Of a stretch of DNA of 64,000 nt, positions 56,583 through 64,000 are shown in pieces. The notes under the pieces were generated by a model, which had not been told where the DNA came from, did not search any database, and was given only the letters and a program-made list of their open reading frames with translations. Positions within the stretch are counted from its first letter, which is position 1, and every line of letters begins with the position of its first letter. Source of the stretch: an uncultured archaeon (GTDB taxonomy: Archaea; Thermoproteota; Nitrososphaeria; Nitrososphaerales; Gagatemarchaeaceae); assembly GCA_963817525.1 (NCBI GenBank), contig CAWFOU010000001.1:640001-704000 (forward strand). The letters run 5' to 3'. Both the position numbers and the translations under genes were made by a program.

Positions 56583-58952
56583 CTAGGCGGCCCGGGATAG
56601 CCTGATCACCTTCCAGGAGTTCGGCCTGAGCTCGACCTTCGCCTCGAACCTGCTGAGGAGCTTGACCCGCTCCGTTGCGCTCCAGAGGCCCGTCTCCTGC
56701 TGGAGCTCTTCGACCTGCCCGAAGAGGGCGGTCGAGAAGGCCTTGGACTTTAGCGTCGCGGAGACAGTCCCGGAGAAGGCCGCGCCCGTCGGATTGCCCA
56801 GGCAGAGGAGCGAAGAGTTGTTGTCCCAGAAGAGGAGCCCCTCGAGTCCAGCCTGAGTGCCCATCCTTTCGCACTCGGGGAAGCGGGAGACCGTGGGCTT
56901 CCTTCCCGTCTTGAAGGCGTCGTCGACGGCGTCCTGGTCGAAGCTGGAGACGACGAAGGTACGGCCGGCCGACCTGCCCACGAACATCGAGCCCAGCCGC
57001 CCCAGGTCGAGGCCGTGGAGGAAGAGCCACCTCAACTGCGAAGCCTCTGGGACCTTGAACCTTGCCCCCTGGGAGCTCAAGGAGAGGCCCGCCTCACCGA
57101 ACGCAACCGCCTCCACCAGCCTGGCGGCCGCCACCGGGTCGGAGCCGTGAGCCATGACCTGCCTTCGCGCGGGGTCGATCCAGTATGGGATCTCTCCGGG
57201 CACGCCACCGAGGCGCTCCGAGTCCATGTGGACTAGCCTGGCGACCTTCTCGAGCTGCGAGCTCCCCAGGCTCGGGTACCCGGTGAGGAAGGCCAGGGTC
57301 GCGTGCGAAAGGGCGGCCCGCGTCCAATAGCCGCCGAGCTGTCCCTCCGCGTAGTTCGGGCTGTAGTAGAGGTTGTTGGAGGCCGCCACGGTGCGCGGGC
57401 CGTATCCCGTCTCGAAGTCCTTCTCCAGCAGCCTGTGCACGACGGAGGAAGCGAGGTTCTGGTCGGGGGAGCAGTACGAGAGCCCCACCGCCTGGTCCAC
57501 TGTGATCTCCTTGTGCACGACGCCGCGGCCGTCGACGTTGAGCGCCAGCGCGCCGCTCTCCGAGTCCCTCAGCCGCTCGCTGAGGGCGTTGAGGAGCCTC
57601 GCGCTGAGCTCGCGGAACTTTGCCGAGTCGCTCCCCTTCCCAGCCAGGTAGGCGATGCTCGACGCGTCCCTCAGCGCCCTCGTGGCCAGGAGGTTCACCT
57701 CGGCGGTGCGGCCCGTGGGGAACCCCGCACCCAGGCGGCGGCGCCAGCCGTCCGGGGACTCGGAAGAGGACGGGACGAGCCCCTCGGAGATGAGGCCCGC
57801 GAGGCCGTCGGCGACCTTTTTCGCGTGCGGATACCACTTCTTAGCGAGCTTCTTGTCGCGCGCCCTCGCGCTGAGGTAGGCGCAGACCGCGATGACGTAG
57901 AGAGAGGACTCCACCGGCCCCGCCCTGTCTGCGCGCTCGCTCCAAGGCGCGCTCTCCGAGTAGCGCAGGGTGCCGTCCTTCCTGGTGGCTCGCCTCGAGG
58001 ACTCTGCGAGCCTCTCGAAGTAGCCGGGCCTGACCAGCGACAGCGCCACGCTCGACCACAGCCTCTCGGCGAGGTTGCCCTCCCCCTCGATGGCGAAGAG
58101 CGCCGCGCTGGCCCAGTCGAAGGCGAAGTTCAGGGAGGAGCTGGACGAGGCGAACCCCGGTCTCGCCTCGAGGGCGTCGCCCTCGCGCTCCGCTTGGCTC
58201 GGGGCCGCCGCGTTGAGGGCTGATTCGAGCGAGGACGGGTGGTAGACCGAGACGCTCCGCACCTCGGCTGTCGCGCCGGGCGGGAGGTCGAGGTCATGCT
58301 GGGTGAGCAGTATGACCGAACCGGACATCCCGAGCGAGCTCTCTGGGAGCTCTCCCAGGGAAAGGAGCTCCGCGGCCCGGTTCCTGTCCTTTGTCATGTA
58401 GATGATCGAGGGCCGCGGGGAGAAGCCGACGACGCGAACGCCCGTCGTGTCCCCGACGTCGTCCATGACGACCTGGTCGTGGCGGTTGAAGGCATTGACG
58501 CCTATCTCGCCCGGAGGGTCGCGCTCCCTCCGGTAGTTCAGGGAAGTGGGGTCGTGGAGGGTGAGAACCCTCACCTTTGCCACCCCTTCGCCTCTGTTCG
58601 TGAGCCTCACCGACCTCACAGAGCCGCTGCAGTCCCCCGCAACGAGCCGGAAGGAGCTCGCCGCCTGGACCTTGTCCTGGCCGCGGGGGGAGAAGGAGAC
58701 CGCCGTGGGGGTCGCCATCAAGGCGACGTCCTGGGACTTTACAGAGATCTTGACCCCGCTCTGGATCTTGAACACCTCGACCGCCTCCCTCCCGAAGATG
58801 ATCCTCTTCGCCGCCGCGCTGCTGACCCACGAGGAGGACCCGTCGGGCTCCACCCTGGCCTTCAGGTCGCGCCTGAAGAGGTACACGCTGCGCTTCAGCT
58901 GGGAGGCGGTAAGCTCGCGCGCGTGTGAGAACTGTGAAAGCTCGCGCTGCAT
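56583..58952 (-). CDS. Amylo-alpha-1,6-glucosidase-like (alpha/alpha)6 protein, divergent
   Basis: AEVNLL, DFETGYGPRT, YYSPNY, GYW, GEIP pattern; ATG at 58952. Confidence 0.6.
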   Translation of the reverse strand: MQRELSQFSHARELTASQLKRSVYLFRRDLKARVEPDGSSSWVSSAAAKRIIFGREAVEVFKIQSGVKISVKSQDVALMATPTAVSFSPRGQDKVQAASSFRLVAGDCSGSVRSVRLTNRGEGVAKVRVLTLHDPTSLNYRRERDPPGEIGVNAFNRHDQVVMDDVGDTTGVRVVGFSPRPSIIYMTKDRNRAAELLSLGELPESSLGMSGSVILLTQHDLDLPPGATAEVRSVSVYHPSSLESALNAAAPSQAEREGDALEARPGFASSSSSLNFAFDWASAALFAIEGEGNLAERLWSSVALSLVRPGYFERLAESSRRATRKDGTLRYSESAPWSERADRAGPVESSLYVIAVCAYLSARARDKKLAKKWYPHAKKVADGLAGLISEGLVPSSSESPDGWRRRLGAGFPTGRTAEVNLLATRALRDASSIAYLAGKGSDSAKFRELSARLLNALSERLRDSESGALALNVDGRGVVHKEITVDQAVGLSYCSPDQNLASSVVHRLLEKDFETGYGPRTVAASNNLYYSPNYAEGQLGGYWTRAALSHATLAFLTGYPSLGSSQLEKVARLVHMDSERLGGVPGEIPYWIDPARRQVMAHGSDPVAAARLVEAVAFGEAGLSLSSQGARFKVPEASQLRWLFLHGLDLGRLGSMFVGRSAGRTFVVSSFDQDAVDDAFKTGRKPTVSRFPECERMGTQAGLEGLLFWDNNSSLLCLGNPTGAAFSGTVSATLKSKAFSTALFGQVEELQQETGLWSATERVKLLSRFEAKVELRPNSWKVIRLSRAA

Positions 58953-59013
58953 CTGCGTGGGAGGTCGCGGACGGTGAACTAATGCACGGGGATTGAACCT
59001 ACTTGAGCATGTG

Positions 59014-60450
59014 TTAAGTCGCCGTTGACAAGACCCGCCACACAGGCCCGGCTGGGGTGTCCTGGACAACCACCCCCCTCTCCTTGAGCTTCTCGCGCAG
59101 GAGGTCGGCCCTCGCGTAGTCCTTAGCCTTCCTCGCCCCCTCCCGCTCGTCCACCAAGGCCTGTATCTCCGCGTCCTGGGACCCTGGCGCCAGGCCTTGC
59201 TTTCTTGAGAGCTGCAACACCCCGAGGACCTCGTCCACCTCCGCCAGGGCGTCGACGAGGAGCCGATAGTCGCCCCGCGACATACCCTTGGAGTCGATCA
59301 GCGCGTTGACCTGGCGCTGGAAGCCGAAGAGCGCGGCCAGCGCCTTTGGGGTGTTCAGGTCGTCGTCCATCGCCCGGCCGAAGCTCTGGAGGAGCGACTT
59401 TACCGGCTTGACCGCGCGGGAAGCCTTCCCCCTGGGGGCGGAGTCTAGGCCCTGTTGGAGCCTCTCGTCGAACTGCTCGACCTTCTTCATCGTGGCGTCG
59501 GCCTGCGCCAAGGAGGTGTCCGTGAGGTTGAGCTCGTCCCGGTAGTGTCCGCTGATCAGGAAGAGCCTGATGGCCTGCGGGCTCCACCCCTGCTTGAGCA
59601 GGTCCCTGAGTGTGACGAAGTTCCCGAGCGACTTGCTCATCTTCTCCCCGTCGATGTTGAGGAACTCGGAGTGCATCCAGACCTTTACGAAGGGCTTCCC
59701 TGTGAGCGCCTCGGACTGGGCTATCTCGTTCTCGTGGTGCGGGAACCTAAGGTCCTTCCCTCCCGTGTGGATGTCGAGGCTGGGGCCCAGGTACTTCATC
59801 GACATCACGGAGCACTCTATGTGCCAGCCCGGCCTCCCCTTGCCCAGCCGCGTCTCCCAGAAGACCGCGCCGTCGTCGGGGTCCCACGCCTTCCAGAGCG
59901 CAAAGTCGTTGGCGCCCATCTTCTCGTAGTGGTCCGCAGCCACCCTTGTGCCGGACTTGACCTCCGCCTGCTTGATACCCGAGAGCCTGCCGTAGCGGGG
60001 GAACTTTTGTATCGAGTAGTAGACTGAGCCGTCGGCCTCCTGGTAGGCGTAGCCCTTCTTGATGAGCGACTCGACCGCCGCCACGATCTCCTCGATGAAC
60101 TCCGTCGCCCGGGGGTAGTGCTCCGCCCTCTGGACGTCGAGGGTCTGGAGGTCCTCCATGAAGGCGGCCGTGTAATAGTCGGTGAGCTCCTTCAGGCTCT
60201 TGCCGGTCCTCTTGATGCCCTCGATTATCTTGTCCTCCACGTCGGTGATGTTCTTGACCTGAGTCACGCGGTACCCCCTGTAGATGAGGTGCCTCCTCAG
60301 GACGTCCTCGAAGACGAAGGTCCGGAAGTTGCCGATGTGCGCGTAGTTGTACACGGTCGGCCCGCACGTGTACATCCTGACCCTCTTCCCGGAGCGGGGC
60401 TTGAACCTAGCGGGCCTCCTCCCGAGCGTGTTGTAGAGGACTAGCGCCAT
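59014..60450 (-). CDS. cysS: Cysteinyl-tRNA synthetase
   Basis: YTCGPTVY, HIGN, GRPGWHIECS, FPHHENE, KMSKS. Confidence 0.97.
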   Translation of the reverse strand: MALVLYNTLGRRPARFKPRSGKRVRMYTCGPTVYNYAHIGNFRTFVFEDVLRRHLIYRGYRVTQVKNITDVEDKIIEGIKRTGKSLKELTDYYTAAFMEDLQTLDVQRAEHYPRATEFIEEIVAAVESLIKKGYAYQEADGSVYYSIQKFPRYGRLSGIKQAEVKSGTRVAADHYEKMGANDFALWKAWDPDDGAVFWETRLGKGRPGWHIECSVMSMKYLGPSLDIHTGGKDLRFPHHENEIAQSEALTGKPFVKVWMHSEFLNIDGEKMSKSLGNFVTLRDLLKQGWSPQAIRLFLISGHYRDELNLTDTSLAQADATMKKVEQFDERLQQGLDSAPRGKASRAVKPVKSLLQSFGRAMDDDLNTPKALAALFGFQRQVNALIDSKGMSRGDYRLLVDALAEVDEVLGVLQLSRKQGLAPGSQDAEIQALVDEREGARKAKDYARADLLREKLKERGVVVQDTPAGPVWRVLSTAT

Positions 60451-60538
60451 CCGGACACCCCGCTCCCGCCGAGTGCGTCATAAGGTCTTCTTCGGGGCGC
60501 AAAATAAAAAGGAGGGGAGAGTCCCGCTGGTCGACTGA

Positions 60539-60688
60539 TTACTTCAGTTTCCCTATGCGGAAGATCGGCTTCCCGCAGGATCCGCAAGTTCCCCGGACGG
60601 CGAATCTGCCGTTCTTCAGCTTGATTTGCTTGGGGTTCTTGATCTCCCTGTTCTTCTTCTTCTCGTAGACACAGTAGCCCGTGACCAC
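60539..60688 (-). CDS. Small basic DUF5679-like protein, 49 aa (not in ORF track)
   Basis: Manual translation MVTGYCVYEKKKNREIKNPKQIKLKNGRFAVRGTCGSCGKPIFRIGKLK*; TTAAATA box about 30 nt upstream. Confidence 0.78.
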   Translation of the reverse strand: MVTGYCVYEKKKNREIKNPKQIKLKNGRFAVRGTCGSCGKPIFRIGKLK

Positions 60689-61039
60689 GCTTGCTCGCGT
60701 CCAACCACGCAAGTTCGATATTTAAGCTCTCGGTAACGGAGCAAAATTCACGGTATTTTGGTAAAACGAAGACTCAGGACGGGCGGAAGACGATTTTAGG
60801 GCAAGGCTTCCTTCACACATGAGCTTTCAATTCTCCTAATCAAACCGTAAGTGCGGAAAAAGTCTGTGGCCCTTGATGGACCATCTTGAAAGCGGCGCAA
60901 AATGCGCCGGTTAGTCTCCGGTGTAGAATGGGAAATCGGACAAAACGTCGTTAAGAGTCTAAAAAAAGCTCGGAGAACTTTTGGATTGCTGGTGCGGCGC
61001 GAAGGCCAAAAGTGACTGGCGACTCTCGTATGGTGTCTG

Positions 61040-62551
61040 CTAACCTTGTACGACGGTTATCGTACCCGTCATCCAAGGATGGTAGAGGCAGTCGTATTGG
61101 TACACCCCCGGCACGGTGAAGGTGTAAGTGAAGGTCGCCCCCGCGGCCATGTCTCCAGAGTTGAACGCCGCCACTCCGGAGGGCGTGCTCGTCGCCGTGA
61201 CTGTGTGGTGGACCGTGTCGTTGTTGGTCCAGGTCACGGTGTTGTTCACGCCGATCACCAGGGTAATCATGTCAGGGCTGTAGCCGGGGGCCCCGCTTGG
61301 CAGCCCGGAGCCGGCGGGAATCGATATCATGAGGGCGTTGGCCGGCGCGCTGGAGCTCGAGCTGGAGCTCGACGTGGAGGTGGTGCTGGAGCTCGAGCTT
61401 GAACTGGACGTTGAGGAAGAAGAGCCTTGTCCCGCGAGGACCCTTACCGACCCTGTCATCCAGGGATGGTACGAGCAAGTGTAGGGATAGTACCCTGGCG
61501 CCTTGAAGGTGTAGTTGTAGACCGCCCCGACGGGCATGTTCCCCGAGTTGAAGATGGGGTTGCCTCCCGTCGTGTTCACCGCGGTGACAGTGTGGGCGAC
61601 CACGTCGTTGTTCGTCCAAATCACCGTGTTGTTGATGCCAATCACCACCGTGATGTTGTCGGGAGCGAACCCTGGGGCCCCGCTAGGGTTCCCGGCTCCT
61701 TTGGGCATCGACACCGCGACCGGGCTGACCGGCGGGGGTGAGCTTGAGCTATGGCCGGCCAGGACCCTGACCGAACCGGTCATCCACGGGTGGTACGCGC
61801 AGACGTAGGGGTAGTAGCCGGGCGTTGTGAAAGTGTAGTTGTACATCGACCCTACAGGCATGTTCCCGGAGTTGAAGAGCGGGTTCCCGCCGGTGGTGTT
61901 AGAGGATGTCACGGTGTGAGCGACCACGTCGTTGTTCGTCCAGTTGACTGTGTTGTTGACCCCGATGACCACGGTGATGTTGTCCGGAGCAAAGCCCGGG
62001 GCCCCGCTGGGGTTGCCCGCGCCCTTGGGCATGGACACCTGGATGATCGTTATGGGCGTTGTCGTGCTCGACTTGACGGTGACGGAGCCCTTCATCCAGG
62101 GGTGGTAGGCGCAGATGTATGGGTAATAGCCCGGCGCCGTGAAGGTGTAGTTGTAGACCGCCCCGACGGGCATGTTCCCCGAGTTGAAGATCGGGTTGCC
62201 TCCGGTCGTGTTCACCGCGGTGACAGTGTGGGCGACCACGTCGTTGTTCGTCCAGTTCACGGTGTTGTTGATCCCAATTATCACGGTGATGTTGTCCGGG
62301 GCGTAGCCGGGCGCGCCGCTGGGGTTGCCCGCGCCCTTGGGCATCGACACTTGCACCATGACCGTGGGCGCGGTCGAGGTCGAGTTGGTCGTCGTGGTGA
62401 TCGCACCGCTGGGAATGTTGGGGAACGTGTACGACGTGTTGTTCGCCAACCCGCTGATCAGGAAGTAGCCGAGGAGGATGGGGATGAGGATTGCGATGAC
62501 CCCCACGACCCCTAGCGTCAGCCTTGGAGCTTGATACTCTTGGAATTTCAT
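61040..62551 (-). CDS. Membrane-anchored protein with four tandem plastocyanin-like (type-1 Cu) domains
   Basis: N-terminal TM; four copies of HTVT...C-x-Y-H-P-W-M separated by Ser/Thr/Pro linkers. Confidence 0.9.
   Translation of the reverse strand: MKFQEYQAPRLTLGVVGVIAILIPILLGYFLISGLANNTSYTFPNIPSGAITTTTNSTSTAPTVMVQVSMPKGAGNPSGAPGYAPDNITVIIGINNTVNWTNNDVVAHTVTAVNTTGGNPIFNSGNMPVGAVYNYTFTAPGYYPYICAYHPWMKGSVTVKSSTTTPITIIQVSMPKGAGNPSGAPGFAPDNITVVIGVNNTVNWTNNDVVAHTVTSSNTTGGNPLFNSGNMPVGSMYNYTFTTPGYYPYVCAYHPWMTGSVRVLAGHSSSSPPPVSPVAVSMPKGAGNPSGAPGFAPDNITVVIGINNTVIWTNNDVVAHTVTAVNTTGGNPIFNSGNMPVGAVYNYTFKAPGYYPYTCSYHPWMTGSVRVLAGQGSSSSTSSSSSSSSTTSTSSSSSSSSAPANALMISIPAGSGLPSGAPGYSPDMITLVIGVNNTVTWTNNDTVHHTVTATSTPSGVAAFNSGDMAAGATFTYTFTVPGVYQYDCLYHPWMTGTITVVQG
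61505..62254. repeat. Near-identical intragenic repeats: 61505-61618 vs 62141-62254
   Basis: 114-nt blocks differing at 2 positions, in cupredoxin domains 3 and 1. Confidence 0.85.
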
Positions 62552-62561
62552 CTGTTTTCAC

Positions 62562-62825
62562 TCACTGGGCGAGGGCGAACAGCAAGGTCAGGATCAAGAC
62601 CATCACGAGCGCGAGTGGGGCGAGGATCATGTACTGTATGACCGGAGGCTCCTTCCGGATGTTCATGAGGAAGATCGCCGCGATGACGGCGTTCACCATC
62701 GCAACCGCGCCTATCCCTATCGTCACCGAGAAGGTGTCGGGCTTGGCAGAGTAGAAGAGGAAGACCTCTCCCACCGTGGTCACGATCATGTAGAGCCATA
62801 CCAGGACGGGGGTCTTGTAGTCCAT
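62562..62825 (-). CDS. Heme-copper oxidase subunit IV-like small membrane protein
   Basis: Three TMs, FLMNIRKE motif; follows subunit III. Confidence 0.7.
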   Translation of the reverse strand: MDYKTPVLVWLYMIVTTVGEVFLFYSAKPDTFSVTIGIGAVAMVNAVIAAIFLMNIRKEPPVIQYMILAPLALVMVLILTLLFALAQ

Positions 62826-62840
62826 TTCGCTATCTCCATC

Positions 62841-64000
62841 TTAGAGCAGGTAGAACAGCGGGAAGACGAATATCCAGATGATGTCGACGAAGGCCCAGTA
62901 GAGGGCGAAGTTCTCGATGCCCGCGTGGTTCTCCTTTGTGAATCCGCCCGCCATCCCCTTCCTGATCAGGTACCCCATGATCACCAGGCCCACGGTGACG
63001 TGAGCTGCGTGGAGCCCGACCGTGAAGTAGTAGGTGCTACCTGCCAGGCTGCTGGACCACGTGAAGCCCTTGACAAAGTAGAGGTTGTACCACTCCGCCC
63101 CCTTGATCCCGATGAAGGTCGCACCAAGGACGAACGTGGCGCAGAGCCAGGCGACCATGTTCTTCTGTTTGCCCTCCTTGATGGACTCCAGGGCCAGGAA
63201 CGCGGTCAGCCCGCTCGTGAGGAGGACTATGGTGTTCGTGAGGCCAAGTGGGATCTCGTGTATCGACCCTGGAACGGGCCAGTTCGGGGTGTAAGAGCGG
63301 ATGTAGAGGTAGGAGCCGAGAATAGCTCCGAAGACGACGACGTCGGTGGCGAGGAAGATCCACATCCCCAGCCTCAGCTTGGGGATCTTGTCGAAGGGCC
63401 ACCTCTCCGTGATCTCGTCTGGCATGTGGAACCCATCGTGGAAGTCCTCGTACATCCATCCGATCACCGCGAAGCCAACAGTGCCGAGGCCCAGGATGAA
63501 TATGGCGATGCCCCAGTTGTAGACCAGCAGGCAGAGGCCGACGAAGGTTATCGCGACGCCGGTGGCGAGCCATATGGGCCTGATGCTCTGGTGGTGCGCG
63601 TGGGATTCCACCGCACCCTTTTCTGCGATAGAGCCCATCGCGCCGGTGGCCCCGTGCGAGGCGCCCGTTATCCTCGGGAGCCACTCGGGGGTCGTCGCGC
63701 CCCACGGGTTGAGCGGGGCTATCTTCCCGCCCCTCATCACGTAGACGAGGTTGATCAGCAGAAGGATCTGGGCGCCCGCGAAGATGAAGGCGCCGACGGT
63801 CGAGATGAAGTTGAGGGTGTTCCAGCTAGGCAGGGACTGGTAGGTGTAGATCCTCCTGGGCATGTCGTAGAGGAAGAACATCGGGAAGTAGAGGATGTTG
63901 AACCCGATGAAGGAGACGATGAAGTGCCACTTGGCGAGGCCCTCGTGGTACATCCTCTTCGACATGAGCGGGATGTAGTAGTACAGCCCCGCTATCAGTC
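62841..64000 (-). CDS. Heme-copper oxidase subunit I fused to subunit III (5' part outside the window)
   Basis: Subunit I end (WHF...FPMF...MPRRIY...NPW) continues in frame to subunit III motifs (LGMWIFLA, NTIVLLTSG, GLHAAHV, YWAFVD). Confidence 0.88.
   Translation of the reverse strand, partial: LIAGLYYYIPLMSKRMYHEGLAKWHFIVSFIGFNILYFPMFFLYDMPRRIYTYQSLPSWNTLNFISTVGAFIFAGAQILLLINLVYVMRGGKIAPLNPWGATTPEWLPRITGASHGATGAMGSIAEKGAVESHAHHQSIRPIWLATGVAITFVGLCLLVYNWGIAIFILGLGTVGFAVIGWMYEDFHDGFHMPDEITERWPFDKIPKLRLGMWIFLATDVVVFGAILGSYLYIRSYTPNWPVPGSIHEIPLGLTNTIVLLTSGLTAFLALESIKEGKQKNMVAWLCATFVLGATFIGIKGAEWYNLYFVKGFTWSSSLAGSTYYFTVGLHAAHVTVGLVIMGYLIRKGMAGGFTKENHAGIENFALYWAFVDIIWIFVFPLFYLL

Noticed and set aside
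1-64000. CRISPR array, rRNA genes, integrase or prophage
   Set aside because: No regularly spaced repeats, rRNA-like tracts or recombinase/viral genes were seen.

Overview
High-GC archaeal chromosome segment. Gene content (Cdv/ESCRT-III-Vps4 genes, rpl40e, PEF-CTERM protein, multi-cupredoxin, intron-less tRNA, TATA promoters) points to a TACK archaeon, most plausibly a basal Nitrososphaerota/Thaumarchaeota lineage; this taxonomy is inference. Layout: 1-9.7 kb membrane/DUF1616/MoxR-DUF58 operon; 9.7-21.6 kb surface-glycosylation cluster followed by a vapBC pair; 22.4-32.6 kb folate-dependent purine biosynthesis (purE, 5-FCL, folD, purN, purF, purL, purQ, purS, purH); then a CBS+HPF-like protein, argF, tRNA-Val(CAC), rpl40e, sucCD, aspS, the Cdv division genes, ileS, a ParA locus, cysS and the end of a heme-copper oxidase operon. 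Main oddities: (1) a 400-bp protein-free IS200/IS605-type element with both end hairpins, its own TATA and an enlarged TnpB-omegaRNA-like scaffold, inserted in the apparent TATA box of ileS; (2) a 361-aa LAGLIDADG intein in the Walker A motif of CdvC/Vps4; (3) a free-standing LAGLIDADG-HTH gene between a complete tRNA-Val and a degenerate 5' copy of it; (4) a ParA followed by a frameshifted partner ending in a MinD-type membrane-targeting helix; (5) a four-domain blue-copper protein beside a fused oxidase subunit I+III; (6) two small basic genes below the ORF-track cutoff. All family calls are from motif recognition by eye; no database searches were run.
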